Notes: generated by a model not told the origin, from the letters alone. DNA of 53,546 nucleotides from an uncultured Collinsella sp. (GCA_958438955.1 CAUBTS010000001.1:1-53546); one strand, 5' to 3'; counted from the stretch's first letter, positions 19,516 to 29,193 are shown. Numbers and translations: made by a program.

Positions 19516-20280
19516 CTAGGCCAAGGCGGCGGCGCGGACAGCCGCGCCGATCGCTCCGGCAAAGCGAGCTTGGGGCGAGGTGGTCACCGGCGACCCCAGT
19601 AGCTCGCCCAACCGCTCCACCACGAAGGCGTTCTCGCACAGGCCACCGGTCAGGTAGTACGGGGCGCCCGCGGCCTGCCCGGCCATGGTCGCCACGCGCG
19701 ATACGACACTCTCAATCACACCACGGGCGATGTTCTCGCGCGGCTCACCACGGCCGATCAGGCTGATGACCTCGCTTTCGGCAAACACCGTGCACATGCT
19801 GCTGATCTTGGTGGGTTCGCCGGTGCGGGCGAGGTCCGTCATCTGCTGTTGGGAAATGCCTAGGCGGTCGGCCATGATCTCCAAAAAGCGCCCCGTGCCG
19901 GCGGCGCACTTGTCGTTCATGGCAAACTTGGCCACGCGGCCACTTTTAAGCTGAATGACCTTGGTGTCCTGGCCGCCTACGTCAATCACCGTGCCGTGAT
20001 CGCCAAACAGGCGCACGGCACCGGTGCCGTGGCAGGTAATCTCGGTCACAACCTTGTGCGCATAGGGCACGGCGACACGGCCGTAGCCAGTCGCGATCAC
20101 GCGCACGTCGTCGGCAGCCACGTCGTAGCCAGCCGCTGCCAGTGCCTCGCGCAGCCGCTCGGAAGCATCGACCGAGGAGAACCCGGTTGGCTGCACGCAC
20201 GTCCACGCCACCGAACCCTCCCCGTCGACCACAGCAGCCTTAGCCGCCGTAGACCCGATATCGATCCCGATCCCTATCAT
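19516..20280 (-). CDS. ATP-dependent [4Fe-4S] activase/reductase (HgdC/YjiL/DCCP-R type)
   Basis: GIDIGSTAAK, ATGYGR, EITCH, IDVGGQDTK, MNDKCAAGTGRFLE, SSMCTVFAESE. Confidence 0.92.
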   Translation of the reverse strand: MIGIGIDIGSTAAKAAVVDGEGSVAWTCVQPTGFSSVDASERLREALAAAGYDVAADDVRVIATGYGRVAVPYAHKVVTEITCHGTGAVRLFGDHGTVIDVGGQDTKVIQLKSGRVAKFAMNDKCAAGTGRFLEIMADRLGISQQQMTDLARTGEPTKISSMCTVFAESEVISLIGRGEPRENIARGVIESVVSRVATMAGQAAGAPYYLTGGLCENAFVVERLGELLGSPVTTSPQARFAGAIGAAVRAAALA

Positions 20281-20333
20281 GGCTCTCTCCCAATCTAAAC
20301 ATCAAAGACAGTGGCACGTTCAGGCACCTTAGC

Positions 20334-20440
20334 TCTAGGTTTCTCAGGTGCCGGAGATTGCCCCGAAAGAGGAGCGCAGCGTACTTTGGGTACGCAAGCG
20401 ACGGTTTGAGGAGCAAGATCCGGTGCCTGAGGAAGCTAGA
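20334..20440. repeat. About 105-bp structured intergenic repeat, copy A
   Basis: Long imperfect hairpin with core GAGCGCAGCGTACTTTGGGTACGCAAGCGACGGTTTGA; homologous to 21637-21738. Confidence 0.85.
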
Positions 20441-21599
20441 GGGTTTCGATGAAGGCGGCGATGCGGGTCTCGATCTGGCCCATGTCGCCGTTGCTGTAGT
20501 CGGTCTCGATCTTCATGTACGGAATACCCGCGCCCTCGACAGCCTCCTGCATGCGCGCACTCTCCACGTTAAAGGTGTGGCAGGCCTGTAGCACGCTCTC
20601 TACCACGCCATCGACATGATACTTCTCGCACATGGCCAGCGTATTTTCCATACGACCGTCGTTGGGCGTCATGACCGAGCAGTTGATATCCAGGTAGCGA
20701 TCGGCGATGGCGCGCAGAATGTCGGGCGCGTCCGGGTCGATCATCATGGCCGCCGTGCGCTCACCCGAGCAGTCGTCCATGCACACGACCACGCCGCCGT
20801 TGGACTCGATGGTGCGACCGATCTTGTTGATCACGCCGCCCACCGGGCAACCGGTGATCAGAATGCGCTTGGCATCCGCCGCAACCGGGCGCCCGCCCGC
20901 GTCGTAGGCCTCGCGCAGCTTGACGACCTTTTGCTCCAGTTGCTGCGTATAGGCCTCGATATCAAAGCTGAACGTGCCGGCAAACATGGTGCTCATCAGG
21001 TCGATGCCGCTCATGGCCGCCGGCTGGTTGGCCTGCAACGCAAACATCTCGAGCTGGGCCGCACGCAAGCGGTTGCGACGGCGCACGGCGGCGCGCAGGT
21101 CGTCGTCGGTAATCGTGATGCCGTAAAAGCTCTCGAGCTCCTCCTTGAGCAGGCGGCACTCCTCGTACCAGCCTTCACGCTCGTAGGCGCGATCGCGGCC
21201 CTGCGGAAGATGCAGAATGTGCGTGCGCTTGAGCTCGTTGAGCAGCTCGTACATCTTCTTCTTGCCGTCGCAGGTGGTCTCACCGATGATCATGTCGCTA
21301 AAGTACGTAAACGGGCACTTTTGCGAATAGGCAAAACCGTAGGTCGACTTGATGAGCGGACACAGATTTGCCGGCAGCACCTTCTCGGCCTCGGGAATCA
21401 CCTCATCGGACGTACCGCACAGAGCCACACTTGCAGCGCCCGCGGCATCGATAATCTCGAGCGGCGTATAACTGCACAAAAAGCCGACCAGGCGATTACC
21501 CGCCTGCTTATAATCCTTGACGCGAATAAACGCCGCCTTGCGCTGCTCGTTGAACTCCTCAAACGTGGACGGCAACGGCTGCTCAATATATTCCGACAT
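20436..21599 (-). CDS. Double-cubane-cluster reductase / 2-hydroxyacyl-CoA dehydratase family (YjiM-like)
   Basis: [62 protein letters not shown] 21599 after AAGGAG. Confidence 0.88.
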   Translation of the reverse strand: MSEYIEQPLPSTFEEFNEQRKAAFIRVKDYKQAGNRLVGFLCSYTPLEIIDAAGAASVALCGTSDEVIPEAEKVLPANLCPLIKSTYGFAYSQKCPFTYFSDMIIGETTCDGKKKMYELLNELKRTHILHLPQGRDRAYEREGWYEECRLLKEELESFYGITITDDDLRAAVRRRNRLRAAQLEMFALQANQPAAMSGIDLMSTMFAGTFSFDIEAYTQQLEQKVVKLREAYDAGGRPVAADAKRILITGCPVGGVINKIGRTIESNGGVVVCMDDCSGERTAAMMIDPDAPDILRAIADRYLDINCSVMTPNDGRMENTLAMCEKYHVDGVVESVLQACHTFNVESARMQEAVEGAGIPYMKIETDYSNGDMGQIETRIAAFIETL

Positions 21600-21636
21600 A
21601 TAACTCCTTAACAAACCTTTTAACCAACCAAGGAAA

Positions 21637-21738
21637 CGGCTTTCCCAGGTGCCCGAGGTTGCCGTGAAAAAGGAGCGCCGCGTACTTTGGTACGCAAGCG
21701 ACGGTTTGAACGGCAAGATCGGGTGCCTGGGGAAGCCG
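21637..21738. repeat. About 105-bp structured intergenic repeat, copy B
   Basis: CGGCTTTCCCAGG...GAGCGCCGCGTACTTTGGTACGCAAGCGAC...CCTGGGGAAGCCG, with compensatory changes relative to copy A. Confidence 0.85.
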
Positions 21739-21753
21739 CCGGGACGAATAGTC

Positions 21754-23037
21754 CTAAATGGTTTCCAAGAAAGCCTCAATCCTGGTTTGCAGCTGGCCTG
21801 CGTCCTCGCCGGCGTAGTCGGTGGTGATATGCATAAACGGAATGCCCGCCTCCTCGGCGGCCTTCTCCACGGCAAACGACTCCATCTCGTAGAGCGTGCA
21901 GAACTGCAGGGCCACGTCGACGATGCCGTCGGCATGCAGGTCCTTGGCCATCTGGACAATGTCCTTCATACGCTGGTCGTTGGGCGTAAAGACAGCACAG
22001 TTGATCTTAAAGTAGCGCTCGGCGATGGCATCAAGCATCTCGTCGACCGTCTCGCCGGACTCGTCGACCAGGTCCTTGTAGTAGCGCGAGCCCGTGCAGG
22101 ACTCCTCGCCCACCACGACGCCGCCGGCCTTCTCGATGAGGTTGAAAAGCTTCCAGTTGGGCACAGCCATGGGCGTACCGGTGTACAGGATGCGCTTGGT
22201 CCCCTTGGGTGCCACGCCCTCGCCGGCCTCGACACGTTGCTCGCACTCAGCCGCCATATCATTAATGGCGCCGGTCAGACGCGGCGTGTCGTCCATAAAG
22301 GCGGCCTGAACGGTCAGCAGGCTGTCCAGACCGCTGATGGGCGCTGGGTCGGCAGTGCGCGTGGCAGCGAGGCGCTGCAGGGCGCGACGCTTCTCATTGA
22401 CGGCGTGGATGGCGGCCTTCAGACGCTCAGGCGTAATCGTGACGCCGCACTCTTCCTCGATCTTGGCGGCGAGCTTCTTGACTTCGGCCTTCCAGGTCAC
22501 GAGCGTCGACTCGTCGTGCACGTTGGGAATATCCATGACGTACATGTTCTTTTGCGTGGCAAAGAACTCGTAGGCTTTCTTCTTACCGTCGCAGGTGTTC
22601 TCGCCTACCACCAGGTCACTCGACTCAATGTAGGGGCAGACCTCGCCCAGCTTAAAGCCGGCAAAGCTCTTGATAAGCGGGCAGGTGTTGCGCGGCAGGT
22701 GCTCCTCGACCTTATCGGTTGCCCAATCGGCACCCGAGCACAGGCCAACGGGAATGCCGTCACAGGCAAGCACGATCTCCTCGGACACGTACACGCAGAA
22801 CGAGCCGACGATCTTGGTGGCCTCGCCGGCCTCCTTCTTGTCGAGCATCTCCTTAATGCGGCCGCTATGAATGTTGGTGGCCACAAAGTCCAGGTAGGAC
22901 GTGGACTTGGGACGGTTGTTCTGCGACAGGAACATGTCCCCGTACATCTGGCCCACGGCGCCCAGCAGCATATCGTGGTCGGCAAGATTCATGCCGAGGC
23001 TCTCCCACATCGGATGGAAATCGAATTCTTCAGCCAT
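21754..23037 (-). CDS. Double-cubane-cluster reductase (DCCP-like), second paralog
   Basis: [56 protein letters not shown]. Confidence 0.88.
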   Translation of the reverse strand: MAEEFDFHPMWESLGMNLADHDMLLGAVGQMYGDMFLSQNNRPKSTSYLDFVATNIHSGRIKEMLDKKEAGEATKIVGSFCVYVSEEIVLACDGIPVGLCSGADWATDKVEEHLPRNTCPLIKSFAGFKLGEVCPYIESSDLVVGENTCDGKKKAYEFFATQKNMYVMDIPNVHDESTLVTWKAEVKKLAAKIEEECGVTITPERLKAAIHAVNEKRRALQRLAATRTADPAPISGLDSLLTVQAAFMDDTPRLTGAINDMAAECEQRVEAGEGVAPKGTKRILYTGTPMAVPNWKLFNLIEKAGGVVVGEESCTGSRYYKDLVDESGETVDEMLDAIAERYFKINCAVFTPNDQRMKDIVQMAKDLHADGIVDVALQFCTLYEMESFAVEKAAEEAGIPFMHITTDYAGEDAGQLQTRIEAFLETI

Positions 23038-23154
23038 GACGGTTCCCCTCTCGAACCAAAAACGGATTACAGCGGTATCGATGCACGACGGACGGCGATT
23101 GCCCGGCCGTGCTCAAACCCGGAATTTTAGGGAACCTGCTTTGCGGTCGATTAT

Positions 23155-23265
23155 TTAGTTGTGCGTCGTCTCTCCCGGAGCCGTGAACATACCTGCTCAT
23201 ATGCGACTCCGAACCATATAGAGGGCGCGCGCGGCAACGCGACGCGAATATGTCTTCTGCGGCAT
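23155..23265 (-). CDS. Putative leader peptide with an in-frame UGA (22 aa, or 36 aa if Sec is inserted)
   Basis: AAAGGAGGG SD, then MPQKTYSRRVAARALYMVRSRI-TGA(23197-23199)-AGMFTAPGETTHN-TAA. Confidence 0.5.
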
Positions 23266-23478
23266 CGGCGCGCCCTCCTTTTCTCGTCGAAGATAACTAT
23301 ATCAACGGTCGTCGTCCAAACGAACACCGCCGACACGCGTACGACAGCGACAGACACCGTCGTTTAATAATTAATTATCTTGTTTGATAAGGTTTTGTCA
23401 TCAATCATTCGGCGAACGGTAGGCCTAAAAGCGATACGGCGGCCGAAGACTGTATCCCCGACCGCATCGCACACCAAA

Positions 23479-24549
23479 CTACCGACAAACCAGGTGAATC
23501 CTGCTCGCATCGAAATGCATGCGCAAGGTCTCCCCCGCTTGCGGCAGCTCCTCCACAGGCACACTCACCTTGTTGACCTTCCACTGCAGGCGCGTCGGCG
23601 CATCGGCACGCGGCACATCCAGTAGCACCAAGCGCTCAAAACGCGAATCGCTCACGCGGGCCACGTGCAGATCGTAGCTGTTGCGACCACGCTCGGCACG
23701 ATTGTCCACATGGAAGTAGCTCGCGCGAATGCCTAGGTGCGCCACGTTATCGGGCACCTCGCGACCAACATTGAAGGTCATGCCCCAGTCCAGGGCTTCA
23801 ACTTCCCGAGGCCCCGTTTTGCGCGCGCGGCTCGTGTTCTTGCAGCCCGTCAGGCGCAGCGCGGCCAGGGTTTGCGGCCGGCGAACCACGTCCTCCACAG
23901 AGCCAATCTCCTCAACATGCCCGTTATGCATCACGCAGATGCGCTCGCACAGACGGCATGCCTCATCAATATCGTGGCTCACGTAGAGTACGGTACGATT
24001 GCAGACGTCGAACAGGTCGAGCATGTTTTGCTCAAGCGCGCTCTTCAGATACGCGTCGAGCGCACTCATGGGCTCATCGAACATAAAGATGCCCGGGTGC
24101 GCCGCTACCATGCGGGCGAGCGCCACGCGCTGCTGCTGTCCGCCTGAGAGGCGTGCGGGATAGCGATCGGCAAAGTCGGCCAGGCCAAAAATGCCCAGGT
24201 AGCGCTCAGCAAGCTTTTTGCGTGCCGCGGCGTCGCCCGCATCTTCAACGCCGGCGCACACATTATCGGCAACCGTCATATTGGGGAACAGCTGATAGTT
24301 TTGGAACAGCAAGGCGCACTTGCGCTCCTGGGGCGACAGGTTAATACCCGCGGCCGAATCAAAGAAAGTCACGCCGTTGACGACGATCTTGCCCTCGTCG
24401 GGCGTCTCAACGCCGGCGATGCAGCGCAAGGTACAGCTCTTGCCGCATCCGGAGGCACCGAGCAGCGCCACGCACTCCTCGCCGGCCTCAAGCTGAATGT
24501 CGAGCGTAAAGCCGGGATAGCGCTTTTTGATATCCAGAACGAGCGACAT
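23479..24549 (-). CDS. modC: Molybdate ABC transporter ATPase
   Basis: GASGCGKS, LSGGQQQRVALAR, DEPMSALD; downstream of modAB. Confidence 0.88.
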   Translation of the reverse strand: MSLVLDIKKRYPGFTLDIQLEAGEECVALLGASGCGKSCTLRCIAGVETPDEGKIVVNGVTFFDSAAGINLSPQERKCALLFQNYQLFPNMTVADNVCAGVEDAGDAAARKKLAERYLGIFGLADFADRYPARLSGGQQQRVALARMVAAHPGIFMFDEPMSALDAYLKSALEQNMLDLFDVCNRTVLYVSHDIDEACRLCERICVMHNGHVEEIGSVEDVVRRPQTLAALRLTGCKNTSRARKTGPREVEALDWGMTFNVGREVPDNVAHLGIRASYFHVDNRAERGRNSYDLHVARVSDSRFERLVLLDVPRADAPTRLQWKVNKVSVPVEELPQAGETLRMHFDASRIHLVCR

Positions 24550-24552
24550 GGC

Positions 24553-26034
24553 TTATCGACCTCCCTTCGCAACCGCGTCGTCGCGCATAAGCTCGGCCAA
24601 CGCCTCGCGGTCGATGCGCAGGGCATCGCCACCAACGGGGTCGAGCGAATCGCCCTGGCCGGCGAGCTCCTTGGTCTGCTTGCGCTCCGCACGCGAAAGG
24701 CCCCGCTCACGGTACTTTTGCGAGTGCGCCGTATACATGTTGATGAACAGGATGACCAGGAAGCTAAAGACGATTACGACGACGACCCAAAAGAGCGCCA
24801 CCGACGTATTGCCGCCCATCCATTCAAAGTAGATGGAGATGGGAATGGTCTGCGTAATGCCGGCATAGTTGCCCGCAAAGAACAGCGTGCAGCCAAACTC
24901 GCCCATAGCGCGGGCAAAGGCGAGCACCGTGCCGGCGGCGATAGACGGCCAGCCGAGGGGCATCATGAGTTTGGCAAAGATGCGACGCTCAGACCAGCCC
25001 AGCGTGCGCGCGGCGTCGAGCATCTGCGTGTCGAGGCTCTCGAAGGCGCCGAGTGCCGTACGATAGACGAGCGGGAACGACACCACCACGGCAGAGATCA
25101 CCGCCGCCGGCCACGTAAAGACAATCGAGATGCCGTGTGCGATCAGCCACTGCCCCACCCCGGTCGAGCGACCGAACAGCATAAGCAGCAAAAAGCCGCA
25201 GACCGTGGGCGGCAGCACCATGGGAATGGTAAAGACTGAATCGAGCAGGCCCTTCACGCGGCTCGTGGTGCCCATGGTCTTCCACGCGGCAAACAAGCCC
25301 AGCGCAAACGCGATCACCAGGGCAAGACTGCTTGTTTTGATAGACACCCAAAACGGACGGTAGTCGATGCCGCCAAAAAACGTCTGGGCGCGTTCTGCCA
25401 GCGAAGGCGGCTCCGTCGTCGAGACGCTCGCATACGGCACCAGGGCGGCGTTATCGCTCCACAGAGCGCCGTCACCCAGGTTAAGCTCAGTGTTTGCGGC
25501 GTCCGCGGCGTTCACGACGGTGTAGTATTCGCCGTCGCCGCCCTTTACCTTAAACTGATAGCGGTAATCGCCCTGTACCAGCGTATTGTCCGAGGTGAAC
25601 ACCCAATCGAGCTTGGAATCCTCCAGCAGCGCGCCTCCCATGGAGTGGGACTTATCGAGCCCCGCGAGCATCTTCTTGAGCGCCTTTTGATCGGAGAAGC
25701 TCGCAATGTTAAGGCCCGCCTCCTTGGCGGCGTGTGCATCGACCCATACCACGATGTTCGTAGGCGTGGTCACCGTTACGAGCGTCGTCTTTTTGTAGAT
25801 GGGAAAACGATAGCCCTCGGGCTGGTCGGCAAACGAGCGGGCCGTTCCTTTTGCGTTGCGCTCAAAAGCGTTGAGGCCAAAATCAACGCCATCGAGAAGT
25901 GCGGAGTCCTCGGTCGCCTGACGCCCATCGGCGGTGGCAAAAAGTGCCTCGGCTCGAGCAACCCCGGGCAGCACCGTCAGCGCGCAGACAACAGCCGCCA
26001 ACGCGGCGAGCAGGCGAATCGTTTTCCTTGACAC
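24553..26034 (-). CDS. modB: Molybdate ABC permease with a long N-terminal extracytoplasmic extension
   Basis: C-terminal half has PMVLPPTVCG, LDAARTLG, FARAMGEFG; N-terminal signal peptide plus soluble domain; GTG 26034 after GAGGAG. Confidence 0.85.
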   Translation of the reverse strand: MSRKTIRLLAALAAVVCALTVLPGVARAEALFATADGRQATEDSALLDGVDFGLNAFERNAKGTARSFADQPEGYRFPIYKKTTLVTVTTPTNIVVWVDAHAAKEAGLNIASFSDQKALKKMLAGLDKSHSMGGALLEDSKLDWVFTSDNTLVQGDYRYQFKVKGGDGEYYTVVNAADAANTELNLGDGALWSDNAALVPYASVSTTEPPSLAERAQTFFGGIDYRPFWVSIKTSSLALVIAFALGLFAAWKTMGTTSRVKGLLDSVFTIPMVLPPTVCGFLLLMLFGRSTGVGQWLIAHGISIVFTWPAAVISAVVVSFPLVYRTALGAFESLDTQMLDAARTLGWSERRIFAKLMMPLGWPSIAAGTVLAFARAMGEFGCTLFFAGNYAGITQTIPISIYFEWMGGNTSVALFWVVVVIVFSFLVILFINMYTAHSQKYRERGLSRAERKQTKELAGQGDSLDPVGGDALRIDREALAELMRDDAVAKGGR

Positions 26035-26151
26035 GGGCGACTCCTCAAACACAGGGCAACGGCGCGCGGACACGCCGCTTCAATCTAAAAAGGGCGGACG
26101 ATCGCAAGAACGCCCGCCCTCAAGCATATCGTTATGTAGCTCAGCTATGCA

Positions 26152-27027
26152 CTACTCGGAAAGCTCGAAGCCGTACTTAGCCCAAATCTTCTGCGCCTTC
26201 TTGTTGGAAAGGCAGAAGTCGATGAACGCCTTTGCGTCGTCGGCATGCTCGGAGCTCTCGGCCACGGCACCCGGGTACACGATGGGCTTGTGCGAATCCT
26301 CGGGGCACACGAAGGCCTCCTCGATGCCGTCATAGCGGTAGATGTCAGAGCTATAGACAAAGCCGGCCACGCAGTCACCCGTGGACACGTAGGCGGCAGC
26401 GGTACCGACCTTGTCGGCCAGCGCGACCTTGTCGGCGATCTCGGGCGCGTACTCGCCGTCATCGCCCTCGGTGCCGGTGTAGAGGCCCACGGAGGCCAGG
26501 GCCTGGTTGGCGTACTTGCCGGCGGGGACGGTCTTGGCGTCGCCAATGGCGATCTTGCCGTCCAGGTTCGCGACGTCGGCAATGGCCTCGACCTTGGTGT
26601 CGGAGCCCTCGGCGCGAATGATCACGAGGTCGTTGACGAACATGTCCTCACGCGTGTCGGCGTCGACGAGTTCGGCGGCCTCAGCGTCGTCCATGGTGCC
26701 CTTGGAGGCCGTGATGAGCACGTCGACGGCGGCACCGGCGCGCATTTGCTCGACAAGGTCGCCAGACGCCTTAAACTGCGTGTCGGCAAACGTGGTGCCG
26801 GTCTGGTCGGTGTAGAGCTCCTGAACCTCGGGCAGGGCCTTCTCGAGCGAGTTGGCGGCAAAGACCTGCAGCTCGACAGCTTTCTTCTTAGAGGAAGACT
26901 TGGCGGAGCCGGCATCGGAACCAGCGGGCTCGGACGTCTTGTTGCCCGAGCAGCCGGCAAGGCCAAGGCCGGCGACAGCGGCAGCAGAGAGCGAGACAAA
27001 ACCGCGGCGTGAAACCATATCGAACAT
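26152..27027 (-). CDS. modA: Molybdate-binding lipoprotein
   Basis: SRRGF twin-Arg-like signal, LAGC lipobox, VFAANSL, ASGDL, VPAGKYA, GFVYSSD. Confidence 0.9.
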   Translation of the reverse strand: MFDMVSRRGFVSLSAAAVAGLGLAGCSGNKTSEPAGSDAGSAKSSSKKKAVELQVFAANSLEKALPEVQELYTDQTGTTFADTQFKASGDLVEQMRAGAAVDVLITASKGTMDDAEAAELVDADTREDMFVNDLVIIRAEGSDTKVEAIADVANLDGKIAIGDAKTVPAGKYANQALASVGLYTGTEGDDGEYAPEIADKVALADKVGTAAAYVSTGDCVAGFVYSSDIYRYDGIEEAFVCPEDSHKPIVYPGAVAESSEHADDAKAFIDFCLSNKKAQKIWAKYGFELSE

Positions 27028-27180
27028 ATTCAACCCTTTCGGACCTTGTGCCCGGGCACCCCACCGCGGGCTTTAATCTGCAATCAGATTATACTTTGTT
27101 GCGAATAATGATTGTGAGAAATTATTCTCCCCAGAGAATATAGTTTCAAGTTACCGTGCAACTTGGCGTCGCTTCGGCGG

Positions 27181-27216
27181 AAAACAAAAGCGGAGCGACC
27201 GATAAGGTCGCCCCGC
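27181..27216 (-). terminator. Intrinsic terminator after moeA-mog
   Basis: GCGGGGCGACC-TTATC-GGTCGCTCCGC-TTTTGTTTT. Confidence 0.8.
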
Positions 27217-27230
27217 CGCAGGTAAACCGC

Positions 27231-27710
27231 TTAGTTGGTATGTCCGCCGCCCGCCGTCATTTGGGCCGCATGCTCCAGCTGATCGCTCACGGCCTCCCAG
27301 CTTTCGCGAGCCGCTTTCGTAGATCCCGGAAAGTTGATGACAAGCGTATACCCACGCTGCATGCACACGGCGCGCGAGAGCATAGCGCGACGCGTCTTGG
27401 TCATGGAGTACGCACGGATTGCCTCTGCAATACCCGGCACATCGCGGTCGCAGACGGCACGCGTCGCCTCGGGTGTCACGTCGCGCATCGAAAGCCCCGT
27501 GCCGCCACAGGTGAGCACGACATTGGCGTGGCACGCATCGGCGGCTTCCACAATGGCATCACCGATTTCGCTAACGTCGTCGCGCACGACCACATGCGAG
27601 GCGACCGTCCAGCCCTGCGCCACGATAAGTTCCTCGAGTGCGGCTCCAGCCTCGTCCTGGGCAAGGTCGCGCGTATCCGAGCACGTCACAATCGAAATCT
27701 TCAACTCCAT
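27231..27710 (-). CDS. Molybdopterin adenylyltransferase (MogA/MoaB family)
   Basis: VTCSD, LTCGGTGLSMRDVTPEA, INFPGS. Confidence 0.9.
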   Translation of the reverse strand: MELKISIVTCSDTRDLAQDEAGAALEELIVAQGWTVASHVVVRDDVSEIGDAIVEAADACHANVVLTCGGTGLSMRDVTPEATRAVCDRDVPGIAEAIRAYSMTKTRRAMLSRAVCMQRGYTLVINFPGSTKAARESWEAVSDQLEHAAQMTAGGGHTN

Positions 27711-27720
27711 GGCATTCCTC

Positions 27721-28983
27721 CTATAGCACCGTGCCCTCAGGCAGGTCGACGCGCACGACGTCCACGACATCTCCCGCCTTGAGCTCGCACGGCCCTTCGT
27801 CAATACGCAGCAGGCAGTTGGCCCGCTGCATCGTGCCGAGCAGCGCCGAATTCTGCGTCTTGGCCTCGGTCACCAACAGCTCACCGGTCTCGGGGTCGCG
27901 CAAAACCGTGGCGCGATCGAAGAAGCGTCGGTCCTGGCGCTTCTTCACGCCGTGCGTCAATATCGCCTGCTGCACGGGACGCGTACCCTCGGCAAAGCCG
28001 CGCATCTTGCGAATCGCCGGGCGGGCGAGCATCTCAAAGCCCACATACGCCGCCGCGGGATTGCCCGAAAGCCCCAAATACGGCTTACCCCCGAGCAAGC
28101 CAAACGTGATGGCCTTGCCCGGACGCATCGAGATGCGGTCAAACAGCACCTCGCCCTCGCGCCGAACGAGCGCCGTCACGTAGTCGTAATCGCCCGCCGA
28201 GGCGCCACCGCTCGTAATGACAAAGTCGCACTCCTGCACGGCACGATGCACCAGCTCGGCAATCGCCTGCTCATCGTCGGGCGCGATGCTGTAGAACACG
28301 GGCTCGGCGCCGGCATCGAGTGCTTCGGCCATCAACGCCGACGAGTTGGAGTCGCGAATCTGCCCGCGCGCCGGAACCTTACTCGGTGCGACCAGCTCCG
28401 TGCCCAGCGAGATAATGCCCACGCGCGGGGCGGCATGGACTTTCACGCTCGCGTAACCGGCGCTTGCCAGCAGGCCAGCACCGGCCGGGGCCACAACCTC
28501 TCCGGCGCGCATCACGACGTCGCCGGCATGGGCCTCCTCGGCGGCAGAGCGAACGTTCTCCCCCACCTTGGCAGGCATCGAGAAGCTCACGTGCGAGCCC
28601 TCGTTGCCGTCACCGTCGAGCACATCGACGATCTCGTATTTCACCACGGCATCGGCACCTTCGGGTACCGGCGCACCAGTCATGATGCGGACTGTCTCGC
28701 CCGGGCCAAGAGCGCCCTCAAACACATGGCCCGCGGCCTCGTGTCCGATAACGTCGAGCGTCACCGGCGCCACACCAGACGCCTGCGCCAAGTCCGCCGA
28801 GCGCACGGCATATCCGTCCATAGCGCTGTTGGCAAACGGCGAGATGTCGATATCGGCCACCGCATCCTCGGCCAAGGGAAGGCCGGCGGCCTGCCACACG
28901 GGAATCTCGACGAGATCGGTCGGAGCAACATGCGACAAAACAATCGACTGCGCGTCCTCCAGCGGAATGAGCTTCTCTGCCAT
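27721..28983 (-). CDS. moeA: Molybdopterin molybdotransferase
   Basis: SAMDGYAVR, RIMTGAPVP, ITSGGASAGDYD, MRPGK, LSGNP. Confidence 0.93.
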   Translation of the reverse strand: MAEKLIPLEDAQSIVLSHVAPTDLVEIPVWQAAGLPLAEDAVADIDISPFANSAMDGYAVRSADLAQASGVAPVTLDVIGHEAAGHVFEGALGPGETVRIMTGAPVPEGADAVVKYEIVDVLDGDGNEGSHVSFSMPAKVGENVRSAAEEAHAGDVVMRAGEVVAPAGAGLLASAGYASVKVHAAPRVGIISLGTELVAPSKVPARGQIRDSNSSALMAEALDAGAEPVFYSIAPDDEQAIAELVHRAVQECDFVITSGGASAGDYDYVTALVRREGEVLFDRISMRPGKAITFGLLGGKPYLGLSGNPAAAYVGFEMLARPAIRKMRGFAEGTRPVQQAILTHGVKKRQDRRFFDRATVLRDPETGELLVTEAKTQNSALLGTMQRANCLLRIDEGPCELKAGDVVDVVRVDLPEGTVL

Positions 28984-29193
28984 ATGTACCTCTTAATGCC
29001 ACGGCGCACAACAGAAGCGCCGATTCTTTATGCTTGTCTCAGTATAATCCCCCGACGCGTGACCGTGACTTGGCCTGTACCCGCAAATACACCTGTCGGC
29101 TGCAGGCTGCGAAACAGAATGGAAACCAACCCACCGGCTCGTCGCGTTTACCGCGTTTTATAATGCTTGCGTTGCAACCTAAAAGAGGAACGT

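Noticed and set aside
20436..21959. 507-aa version of the second reductase
   Set aside because: The N-terminal extension overlaps the upstream gene and a repeat element; the SD-supported start is ATG 21599
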